Source: Camelus dromedarius (Eukaryota). Taken from it: a stretch of DNA of 64,000 bases. Shown here piece by piece: positions 53,019-64,000 of the stretch; position 1 is the stretch's first letter, and each line of letters begins with the position of its first letter. The stretch is taken from contig NC_087472.1 in the NCBI RefSeq assembly GCF_036321535.1, positions 99,078,001 through 99,142,000 on the forward strand, written 5' to 3'. A model generated the notes under the pieces. That model was not told where the DNA came from. It did no database searches and was given only the letters and a program-made list of their open reading frames with translations. A program made the position numbers and the translations under genes.

Positions 53019-53068
53019 CAGTTGAAGAAGCCTATTAAAATTATCAGTTGAAGAAGCCTATTAAAATT
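53019..53068 (+). repeat. Tandem duplication, period 26
   Basis: cagttgaagaagcctattaaaatt occurs twice exactly, separated by at. Confidence 0.95.
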
Positions 53069-53321
53069 CTCCAAGTGGCTGGAAGTCTTATCTGTGTAGA
53101 TCCATGTTTATGTCAAAAGGACAAAATGAATTGCTTAGTGGGAAACTAGGAGTACTGGAAATTGTGGACACAGATGGTCAGTATAGCCCACCCATAAGCC
53201 CTGGGCAGTAGATGCTGCCAGAAATGCACATAATGCTAATCACATGTCTGTCTGTGGAAGACCTGTGCTTTGTGGACAGGGGAACCACTGTAATGCTGAA
53301 GAGAATCATACTATTCTTACT

Positions 53322-53620
53322 TGTGGCAAAGACTATTTATCCCCCAGTATCCATTATCGCTTTCCTCCTTTTGGACTTTTAGCAGGGCATATAGCTGTCT
53401 AGCTAGAGACTACATTTATCATCCTGCTTTGCAGGCAGGTGTGGCCAGGATAGTAAATTATCCCAATGGAATGTGAGCAAGGAGATGTATATACCTCTGC
53501 ATCCTTAAAAGGAAACTGTTTGGCCTACCATCCTCTCTTCTGTCTTTCTCAGCAGATATGGTACTAGGAAAACAGCTTTGACCATCTCTATAAGGCAACA
53601 CCCTAGAGTAGAAAGCTGCA
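53322..53620 (+). mobile_element. MaLR LTR (MLT1J-like), partial
   Basis: gactacattt...ttgcaggcaggtgtggcca...ccaatggaatgtgagca. Confidence 0.7.
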
Positions 53621-53624
53621 ACTA

Positions 53625-55700
53625 AGTGTCTCCAAATGCCAACAAGAAACAAGCTAATCTGCCCTATGGAACCCCGGAAAAGCTGAGAAATCAGAAACAC
53701 AAATTCCTCAGAAGATAGAGGAGGAAAACTGACTGAAAGTGTATTAGGGAAAGTTAGACCCCCAGTTTTTTTCTATAACCCTTCCCAGCCAGAGCTCCCA
53801 CCACTCAGCAACCCCATTTCACCCCTGGAACAGTTCACCCTGAGAGGCTCCAGAGCCTGGCACAGTACGGGGTATGGAAGAGAAACAGGTGACATTTTAA
53901 AATTTCCTTTCCTTTTTTTGACTTCTAGAACCTGCAGTCAGGCTTCTAATCCTCCAGGCAGGAAATTGGAAAAGTCTTTTCTGAAGAAATAATCTTAAGA
54001 GGAACAAATCTTACAGATGCTCATATTTGAGGGTTCCCCAACAAAATGGCTGAGTCACAACCAATCATACAGAGCTTTCAGTTAGCTTTTCAGTATTTTA
54101 TTCTTAAATATGAATAAACAGACTAAGGTAACCATTCTGGATAGCCTCCACATAACTGTCAGAAACCAAAGCAAATACACCAAAAAGGAGTAGAACAAAA
54201 GAAAAGTTAGAATAAAAGCAACAATAATTAAAAAAAAAACAAGAGAGGGTAAGAGAAAACCTTGTACATATTAACCAATAATAAGATGTTATAACAAAGG
54301 AATAATCTGAAAACACAAAAGAGCTTTTGAAAGTTAAAGTTATGAAATAAAAAATATTCTATAGATAGGTTGAAATATAAAGATGAGAAAATGTCTCATA
54401 AAGGAAAACAAAAAGACATAGAAAAGGAGAGAAGAGATGAGAAAGTTAGACAATAAGCTTGGAACATCCGACATATGACTAATAAGAATTTCAAAATAAA
54501 AATAGATAAAAGGAGGTAAAGAAATTATGCAAGAAATAATGACAGAACATTTCACAGAAATTAAGGAAATGAGTTTCCAGAATGCAAGAACTCACCAAAT
54601 GCTAAGTATAATGTAGAAAACAAGAGCTACACATCTACAAGGTGTATCATTTTAAATTCCATAATAATAGGAATAAACAGAAAAACCCTAATAACTCCCA
54701 AAGGAGAAATAAAGTTTGCTCATAAAGGATTAGGAATCAATTTATAATCAGATTTCCCAGCAGTAACACTGGAAGGTAGAGCAATGTCCACAACATTTTG
54801 ATTAAATATTATTTCTTTCTGGAATTCTATATCCAGCCAAATTAACATTTAAGAGTAAGAGGAAAAAAACATTCTAAGGCATGAAAGAATTCTAAAATGT
54901 ATTTCCAGAAAGATACTCCAGGATGTGCTTCACTAACACAGTAGAAGACTTTCTACAAAGTAGAAGACAGGATCCAAGAAACAGAGAATTCAACACAAAG
55001 AAGAGAAAGGAGAATTCCTTTATTAACAGAGGAAATTGTGACAGGACAGCCATGCAGCTGGTCTCAAGAACAATCAGTACAGATTGAATCGGGATAATAG
55101 GAGATTCTGGGATAGATGCTTGTGGGGGATGGGAGAGGAGCTGGAACTGACAGACAACTAGATGTGTTTGACAGCATTGGGAAGCATCTGTAACTCTATG
55201 GAAGAGTAGAGGCAGAATCAGGGATTGATTCACATAAAACTAAGCCAAGAAAATGCAGTTATTAAAAAAAAGCGAAAAAGGCAATTATTACCTAGAGAAA
55301 AAAGTACAATAAAGGAAATGGAATTATTGTATACTACATGCCTCAACTATGAACAATTTCACATGGTCATAATAATGCTTGGGTGTTCATTTAACAAAAA
55401 GTTATGATACGATTAAATTGGAAAGATAGGGAGAAGGACAGAATGGGCATGTGGTAGAGTACTACATTCTGACCTTCCATTATAGAAAGGCAATAGATAA
55501 TGTACAAAATAAATAAGCAACCACACTATAAGCACTGTGTATATGTAGATAAATAGAAGGAATAGCTAGAAGAGTTGGAAGACGTTTTCTCCGAGGCATA
55601 GGGAGGAGTGGAGCAGTAGCTGTATTTTCTTACAAGCTTTTTAGTACTAATTGTGCTTTTTAAAATTAAGTATATCCATTAATTTGGTAAAAATAAAAAT
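53625..55700 (+). mobile_element. HAL1 (half-L1), long copy
   Basis: A-rich ORF1-like body (gaaattatgcaagaaataatgacagaacatttcacagaa) ending gggaggagtggagcag...tagtactaattgtgctttttaaa...aaaaataaaaat with no ORF2. Confidence 0.7.
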
Positions 55701-56794
55701 ACAGCCAAGTCAACAAGAAAATACTATGACGGGAAGTATTCTACAATTCTCATTTTGTTTCTTTCTCTTTCTCTTCCTCTCTCGACTTCCTCTCTCCCTC
55801 TCCTAATTGTAGCATGAAGGAATGTATTTATTATTAGGAAATGTCAGGCATCAGGAAGCAAGTGAGCCCTGTGTATTTGTGGTGATCCCAGTATCCCTAA
55901 GATCACATCACAGCATTCCGCTTATATGAGGACTGGCCCTAGTGGACCATTAGTATGTGCATCTGGTAACATTGCAGCTGTAATTTCTAAACAAGGTCAG
56001 CATTCTTGAGCAAACAGATATGACAGCATGATTAAATGATGAAAATCAAACCCAAGGGCATTTTAACAGGAGTCATAGTTCCGAAAGTAGAATGAGGATC
56101 AGAAGGCCTGGATAAGGGAATGTTAGATATGAACTTGGGCCTCCGTGTCCTAAACATTCAGGAATCTTACTTTCTTAGCCAAGAATCATCATCAGTTTCA
56201 TCTGACATAAGAGTCAGTCTTCTTCCACGCAATGCCAGATAGATGAGGCAGAATGGCACAGATCCAGAACAGAGCCACGCAGGGCCAACAGCCGCCTGGG
56301 CATAAGGGAAGCCAGGCTGAAAAGAGCCCTTCAGTTTTTATTACTCATTATCCTGACTTAGTGCCTCTTCAGCCATCTTTGTGACAGCCGGGAGCAGTGA
56401 CCAGTGGAGCATTCAGTCAACAAATGTTATCATCGCTGCAATAATAATCATGTTATCACCCATCATAACGGTGTTTGTTCTGAGAGAAGACTCAGAGGCT
56501 TGGGGTTTCCATTTGGGAAAAAGCAAGAAGAGAAGGATGACACAGGCAGGACAGGTATGCCAATAGGTGGAACAGAAGAGGGCATGTGGAACTGAGAATG
56601 CAATAAAGGGTTAAGGAGAAGTGGCAATGAGGAAAGTGACACAGTAAGAACTAGACAGTAGGGGCTAGAAATAAGGAAACTGGTTTCACAACAGTGTTGA
56701 GAGCAAGAGACAGATATTTTCTGCCACAGGCACGTTATATCCACCCTGTAATGTGTTCTTTAGTCAGATATGCCATTGGTAATATTGTCAATTA

Positions 56795-57262
56795 TATAGT
56801 AGATGCTGTCAATGCTCCTCCCACATCCTCTCTGATCTCCTCACCGTGTCCATGCTTACCAGCCTGACCTCCAGTACATGCATATTTGCCAGAAGGCTGC
56901 CCTGGGGGCTGCTGGAACCAACTTTGCCCATACACATGACAGTGTCTGGGAACCAGGATTCCTCCAGGGACAGCCTCGAACAAATGGCTGATGGGTAGGA
57001 AGGTATACATGCCTTGGATATCTGGCTCCTCGGCTGGGTTATGCTGAGATGTCCATTTTACCCCATTTCCAAAGTTTCCCAATGGTAGAAAACTTCAGTT
57101 GTCCATGGGTAGCTGTTTTTTTTAAAGCGCCATTTATTGACTGTCTTCCCGTCCCTGTATCACCTCCCCATTCCAAGCCAGTGTTCCTGCACCTCTCTAA
57201 ACCACTGTGTACATTCAATTCTTGTCTGACAATCTCCTCTGGAGAAAAACCAACCAGGACAA
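56795..57262 (+). mobile_element. LTR16-family ERVL solo LTR
   Basis: Starts tatagtagatgctgtcaatgc; ends cacctctctaaaccact...ggagaaaaaccaaccaggaca. Confidence 0.75.
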
Positions 57263-58319
57263 AGATGGCCAGCACCAAAGGTAGATCTTTCATATTCTAT
57301 TCCTGCTACTGCAATATGGTCAAAGGCATCCCATATAACAGACAAAGATGGCTAATAACTACAACTCCTCCCCAGCTGTACCTCTGCCATGGCAACAGTC
57401 CTTTTTCTATCTCATGGGGCCAATCAACACAGGGTAAACAATGGAGGAAATTCAATCCAAACAAGAGGATCTTTAGATATAATATGTCCCAGGCAGACTG
57501 TGTACTTATGCATCCTAGGCTGGAAGGGGCAATGACAATTCATTTTTAAATGTAAGATTATATTCCTTTCACACAGTTCAAAGCAACGTGTTACATGCCA
57601 ACCAGGGTATGGTTTTTATCACATTGCATGTGGGAACAATGATAGGAATAACACTGGCCCTACTCTATAGAAGATAAATATTATAATTTATATTAAGAAG
57701 GCCTATAATTTAAATTTATTTGTAAAATATAATTAATATCATAAGTCTGTGACATATAATCACTATTAGGTAGTTAGTCGCATTACTGTCTGAAGTTCCA
57801 GTGGAGAGGGCCACTTGCAAGTCTTTGTCTGAGCAACTGAAGATCTTTATGGCAAGACAATGGTTGGAAAGTAGAAACTAGTGGCCATTTCCCATCCCAC
57901 CCCCCTTGCATAGGTACCAGAGACCAAGAACAATCCCTTAAGCCTTCTAGAAAACAATCTGACCCTGATGAGAGTTCAGGTATGTCTTTATCCAAGAACA
58001 GTGGTTGTAGTGAAAGGGAAGGAGAGATTGGGTATCCCCTAGCCAACTAGCCCTCAGAATGCCTTCTAGATTGGCTCCCCCATTGGGGGCCAGACCAGGA
58101 TTCCATGCAAAGGACACTTTTAAAGGATGGTGAATGAGACAGGAGAGTTGATTCTCTGATATGATTCTAAAACCCTCAGAGAACACTGAAGAGCTATCTT
58201 AAGACACAATAAAAATATAACCTAGGTGAGGGAAAGTACTTGCTTCTACTTCAGCTCAATGAGTATGTAAATGCAGGGGTGACTATAGCCACATCAGACA
58301 GACAGCAAGGGATTTAGTA

Positions 58320-59700
58320 CCTCAAATAATTCAATAAGTATTTATTGAACATATATATATATGACAGCAGGATACTCTGCTAAATACCAAAGATACAGTG
58401 TTCAATAATAAAAAGAATGAATTCTCACACAGTGCTTACAATGTGCCAGGCACTATTGTACTTTGTAGGATTCACACAGCACACCTATAAGATAGGAATC
58501 CTTGTCGTCCCCGTTTTAGAGAAGTGGCCAGGTTAAATGACTTGTCCACAGCCATGCAAATGGCTAGTGCTAGAGCTGGGATTTGAACCCTGCAATGGGC
58601 TGCCCCTCAGGTGGTCCTAGCCTCTATTGCTATCTTATCTTGAAGTTTATGTGCTGGTGAGCAAAAAAAAAGACCTTACATAAAATATTAATCATATTTG
58701 CAATCATTTAATTTCAATCTTAATCTAGACCTTGTCGGAGGTGCTATGTACAGAGTGCCCTGAGCATGTTCACCAGCTTATTCACTCCATAAATACATAT
58801 TGATTGCCTACTCTGTGCCAGGTTCTGTGGGAGATACTAGGAATTTAATGACAGCAAAACAGATACCTCCTCTGCTGTCTTGTGGAGGGAGAAGGGTGTC
58901 AGACATTATTTGAATAATGACACACATTTATATGTGATTGCAAAGGTGGTAAATGCTTTGAAGGAAAGTACTGAGAATATTAAGAACATATAATAGGAGG
59001 ACTTGACATTTAAATTGAGATCAGATGAGATCTGAAGAATGAGTAACAGTTACCGTGGTGAAGAGATAAGGAAAATACATTTCAGGGAGGCATGTGCCAA
59101 GGCTCTGTGGTAAGAAAAAGAAAATCTAAGGTGCTGAGAGAACACCAGTGAGACTGTAGCGCAGTGAGTGAGAGAGTAGCAAGCAACCAGGTAGGGGTGG
59201 TGGGCGGGGGTCACGCGACTTATTGGCCAATTAGGATAATTTTGAAAGCAAAAAGGGTGCTGATAATTAAATCAGGACAACAGTCATAAACAGGAATTGA
59301 ATTGGGTAAACTGGAACAGATGGTAACTGTAATTTAGGCCTTGTAAAGGTTTTATTCTCCATCCTAAGAATGATAAGAAGCCATTGAATGATTTTAAATG
59401 AAGGGTGGGACATGTATAATCATATTTTATTATGATTATTTTTAATAACACTCTAGCTGTAATGTGGAGAATAGATAAGACAGGGATAACAAACTCAGGG
59501 AGACAGACAAGGACATTATAACAAGAATCCAAGAGAGACGTGATGGTGCTTTGGACCAGAGTGAAAGTAATGGAGATGGAAAGGAGATGGAGCCTCGTGA
59601 TCATGAGTGGTAAAATAAATACAACTTGAAGACTGATTGGATTTGAGGACTAGAGGATGACACAGGCGCAACCTGGAAACTGCTTAATGAGGTCAGGAGA
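58320..59700 (-). mobile_element. L2 3' fragments with an embedded MIR (~58420-58600)
   Basis: ttcaataagtatttattgaac; ttgattgcctactctgtgccagg; aagccattgaatgattttaa; ttaaatgacttgtcca...ctgggatttgaaccc. Confidence 0.8.
59205..59331. mobile_element. MER94-like hAT MITE inserted in L2
   Basis: ttttgaaagcaaaaagggtgct...caggacaacagtcataaacaggaa...gggtaaactggaacagatggtaac. Confidence 0.65.
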
Positions 59701-60769
59701 CATGAGAAAGAAATGGCTAAATAAAGAATGAAGAATGAAAGAAATAATCAAACAAAATGGCTGCTACAGCCACTTACGCCCCAGGAAAAAGTTGAAGGGT
59801 CTAAGACCTGCCATCCCAGCATTGGGGGTTACTTTTCATAGCTCCAGTATTCTCCACCATGGCTCGTGATACAAACAAATCCTTGATGTCCGAACACATG
59901 TGCACAATTAGAGAATACAGGTATATCGAAAGACCTAGAACTAAGCAAGTGACAGAAGCAGAGAGAAGGTGTTCAAGGATGGCAATTTCAGAAAGGAAAC
60001 TTGGAAGTTCCAGAAAGATTTGCAAGTGAAGGAAGGAACCTGGCTTGTAAAAGAAATAGGTATTCCAGATATAAGAAAAGGCACATGAAGAAATCTGATT
60101 GGGTTATGTATTAAGAGTATGTTAGTGAGTTTCCAAAATTACTATTTAATGTTTGAAGAGGTCTTTCTTTGTTTCTCTCTTTTTAAAATAAAATAAGGAG
60201 CAACCCAAAGTAGTTTCCCTTCCAAATGAATCATTTTCCCTTTTCTGAACCACTACCAGATGCCATCTGATTCTGTCCCAACTGAAAACAACCAAACTGG
60301 GAGGCAAAATCCCTTCAAGGGAATTGTTGTATGAAGCACATTGCCTTTCCTTGCAGATAAGTGAAGTCAGAACATAAAGTTCTCTTAGCTAGCATATCTT
60401 TTTGGTGGTTGTCATTGATTTACTGGTCTGAGACTCATCAAAGTAAACTATGTTTAAAACAGCTCTCAATCAAATTCAAGTTCTTCTTATATTATTGATT
60501 TTAATCCAAATGGAAATGATGTGTAGTTTGTCATCCTTTCCAAACTTACAGTCCTCACCCTCATTTGATGTGGACATAGCAGTGCAAGCGTAACCAGAAA
60601 CTCCGATTATTATTGATATTTCTGTAACATCCCCATTTTCATATTCAACTGCATTGTGTAGAGCTGATATTTTACTCTTTTTACCAAGAGTTTTGAAAGA
60701 AAAAAATAGTGATGTTTCATAACAGTCTTTACCAGGTAACAAATGAATAATTCAAAGTTAAAGGCTAGA

Positions 60770-60920
60770 TTTCATCTACAGATGAGGTTGTCCTCTTCCC
60801 TTATTTTGAAAACTTAGAAAACAAAGTTCAGAAATCACTTGCCCAAAACTGCATGACAGAATTAGAACAAGAACTCAGCTTCCTGATGCCCAGGCCCTAC
60901 TCTTTTTACCACATTCCATA
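60770..60920 (-). mobile_element. MIR fragment
   Basis: tcacttgcccaaa...agaacaagaactcag...tctttttaccac. Confidence 0.55.
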
Positions 60921-61689
60921 GTCCAAAAGCTTTGTTGGGCTTCAAGCCTGATGGAGTTTCTAACAAGCTAATAATGTGAGAAGAAATAATGATTTATTTA
61001 ATTAGTATTTTCTGGTAGGAAAATGTTCATCTCTTTTAATATCAATGTTCAATTTCTTTTTACATCAGTGTTCAATCAATGTTCTTCTCTCTTAACATGA
61101 AACCAACCGTAACTTCTTTTGGCAATTCTATTGTACTGAGAAAGACTTTTCTGTGGTGGAATAGAGCTAATTTGATGAAAACCTCCCAAATTCAATTTCA
61201 GGTTGCATTCTCATTTAACCTTCACTCAGATTTAAATCAGAGGAATCAACTTTCCCTGAAGCAGCAGAAAATAATAAACAGGGTGTTTAGTTTTTCAAGT
61301 ATAAAACCACAGAAATGGCAAGATTAATTTGTACTTGATTTTGTTTAAGCCTTTTGAAGGGGAATTACATTTGTCGGGCATGTTCAAATAAATATCTTTG
61401 TGTCACCTCAGTCCTTCGTTGCTGAAAAACGGACATGGAGTTCTGTAAAGGTTAATAGATGGAACTGTTTTAATTCAAGACTTCTTTCACATAGGGAATA
61501 AACAATAACCACATTTGGTTTAAAATGTTCTGATACTTGTATTTTATAAGAAACAGCACACAAATTATTGGAGACACAAATTACTTCCTCTTAAAACTCA
61601 AACAGTTCCCCTTATTCTTTGGTTATCAAGAAAGTTGAAGTTTTTGGTTACATAATTGGCTAATATTTACAAAACGTGATTTTAACTGT

Positions 61690-62010
61690 CCTATAAGAAA
61701 ACTTCCAGCTATCTTACTACAACCTTAAACCACCATCCTATCTCATTTATTTTTGAACATCAAATATCTCAGAAGAGTATCCTCTCCCCTTGTCTTCCAC
61801 CTCTTTACCAGTCAATTTTTAACCCCTGCCTCCATTGAAACTACTCTTAAAGGTCGCTAATGAATGGCTGGTCTTCATCTGCTGCTAACCAAATCTTTTG
61901 GTCTTTTTTCAATCTTCATTCTTACTGATATTTACCCACAACATTTGACATTGTTAATGTTGATGTGGTCCCTTGTCATCTGGAATGCTAAACTCTCCTG
62001 GTTTCTTCAT
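61690..62010 (+). mobile_element. L2 RT-region remnant
   Basis: ctccattgaaactactcttaaaggtcgctaatga...acaacatttgacattgtt. Confidence 0.7.
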
Positions 62011-62789
62011 ACTACTGTGTCAACAGCACTGCTGATCAGAGTATGGAGCCATGGGGGCTTCTCATTTTGAAGGAGAAAACATCATTGTTAGTTAGAGATA
62101 AAATGAGATAAAGCAGTACATTTAGGGGGAAATGTATTTTGGTGAGTGAGTTATTGAGGACAGACAGACAAGCCAAAAAAAGAAAAACAGTGGGAGTTTA
62201 ACCAAGTAGAGTTAAGGTCCCAGAGGAAGCTGAAACTGTGTATGTACCAGCCCCAGAATTCCTGGCATTAGAGCCCCCACCTTTTAGTATTGCCATCATG
62301 TTGATTTTACTTAAATGTAAATAACATAATAATTAAAGGTAGAGGCATTAGTGGACTGGAAAGAATTTGAGAAGAGTTTGTGCCTCAGACAAAGGATGAG
62401 ATCACAAAGGAAAAAATCTGGGTTAAGTGCATAAAAATTACCTTGAACTTGCACACTTGTAGTACCTTCTGGGACCAGCACATACCTGCTGTTTCTCCTT
62501 CTGTGCTGGTAAAGTCAGTATTGGTAAAGCATCATCATTTTGGTTGCATGCTCATCTGTTCTGCTTATTGGCCTAGCTGCCTATAAGGAATCTCAGTCTG
62601 AACAGAAAGACAGAAGGGCACTTTCCCAGACTAGAGTCAGAGCAACTGAAGGAACTGCTCCCCAGATTGCTTCCCCTGCCCTGCACACCACCCACTGGCT
62701 GGCTCAGCCAGAGTTGGGAGTGGAAGGAGAACAGGCATTCAACACCTTTTTCCTTCCTCTTCTCTTTCTCCTGCTCTCCTTCCGTCCTT

Positions 62790-63370
62790 CAATAAACATG
62801 AATTGAGAACCTAACAAATGCCAATTACTCTGTTAGACACTGAGAGCACAAAAATTAATAAGACTGGTCACCAAACTGAAGTAGTTCATGGTCTTAAGGG
62901 AAAATGTGTATCCTACAAGCACCTTTAACTCAACAAAAATCATGTATTCTAATCCTTATGTTACTCCCAACTCCTCCCCATCCTAGCCCCTTTTCCTGAC
63001 TTCTCTGTTTCTATTACAGGTAATCAAAGGTTATCCAAGCTTTAAAACTCTAGATTTATCACTCAGTTTCTGAAATAAGCATCCTTCCTTTCCTTTTCTA
63101 TTGCCATGTCCTTGGTTCAGATCCTCATTAATTTTCTTTTGAACTGATGTTCTTGCTAGCCTCCCTGCTTCTAGTGTCTTCCCAATTCAATTCATTCTGC
63201 TCAAAGCCACAGAATTCATTTTCTTCAAGCATGGCACTGAGTATATCAATATCCTAGACAAAACAATCATGGACTCCACACAAAGTATGTATTCAAGGTA
63301 CCTACCAGCTGACCCCAACCTATCTTTCCAGTGTATTTTCCACCATTCCAAATGCATAATTTGTTCTCAA
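62790..63370. mobile_element. L2 fragments in both orientations
   Basis: ttcaataaacatgaattgag (minus 3' end); ccttggttcagatcctcat...ttcattctgctca (plus). Confidence 0.65.
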
Positions 63371-63379
63371 CTGTATTAG

Positions 63380-63835
63380 TGTGCAAGGCTGAATAATGGC
63401 ACTCAAAGATGTCTATGTCCCAATCCCCAGAACCTGTGAACCTTTCATAGTAAAAAGGACTTTGCAGATATGATTAAGTTAAAGATTTTGAGATGGGAAG
63501 ATTATCATGACTTACCCACATGGGTCCAGTGTAATCACAAAGGTTCTTATAAGAGAGAGATAGGACTGGAGAAGGCAATGTGACAACAGAAGCAGAGATT
63601 AGAGTGAGGCAACCATAAATCAAGGAATGTCAACAGTCTCTGGAACCTGGAAGAGGCAAGAACAGATTCTTTCCTGGAGCTTCCAGAAGGAACCAGCCCT
63701 GTTGACATCTTGATTTTAGCCTCATAAGACACATCTTGGACTTCTGATCTCCAAAACTGTCAAAGAACTAATCTGTATTGCTTTAATTTACTAAGGTTGT
63801 GGCATTTGTTATAGCAGTAATAGGACTCTAACACA
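63380..63835 (+). mobile_element. MaLR solo LTR (MLT1C/D-like)
   Basis: ctgaataatggc...ccccagaacctgtgaa...gactttgcagatatgattaagttaaag...ttgttatagcagtaataggactctaacaca. Confidence 0.9.
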
Positions 63836-64000
63836 CATAACAACTACAGAATCCTAGTTGCATACAAACATAAACATTTACTTCTGGCTCACATGTCTAC
63901 AGGTCAGCTGAGCTGTTGATCACAGAGGGGTTCTGCTGGCTCCCCACTATTGGTTCAGTTCATGTCTACTCCATGTATCTCTCATTCTTCTGGAAATAGC
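63836..64000 (-). mobile_element. Older MLT1 LTR, host of the MLT1C/D insertion (stub tgtattag at 63372-63379)
   Basis: cataacaac...aaacatttacttctggctcacatgtctacaggtcagctg. Confidence 0.6.

Noticed and set aside
57039..57549. 166-aa ORF
   Set aside because: Starts within an LTR16 solo LTR; no recognisable protein
60550..60665. Minus-strand exon candidate (LHNAVEYENGDVTEISIIIGVSGYAC...) with gtaagt donor
   Set aside because: Acceptor lacks a pyrimidine tract and the peptide is not recognised
1..64000. Prokaryotic-type system (CRISPR, operon, defence island)
   Set aside because: The sequence is clearly mammalian and repeat-rich, with no long ORFs and no regularly spaced repeat array

Overview
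Mammalian genomic DNA that is AT-rich, CpG-depleted and dominated by interspersed repeats: L1 of several ages, HAL1, L2, MIR, MaLR/ERVL solo LTRs, and hAT and Tigger DNA-transposon relics. A tRNA-derived SINE at 11243-11404 resembling the camelid Vic-1 family points to a camel, llama or alpaca genome. I recognise no intact protein-coding gene, RNA gene, CRISPR array or prokaryotic system; nearly all track ORFs are repeat-derived or chance. The best leads are (i) candidate minus-strand exons (28.8, 26.1, 25.0, 14.6, 4.4 and 4.1 kb) converging on two candidate plus-strand exons (2.6 and 3.4 kb), (ii) two short dispersed direct duplications of unique DNA, (iii) an L1 with an in-frame ORF1-to-RT internal deletion and a nested Tigger-type MITE, (iv) a twin-primed L1 hosting a SINE with a duplicated head, and (v) a few hairpins. 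Repeat family names come from recalled consensus sequences, not a database search. Boundaries of old repeats are approximate.
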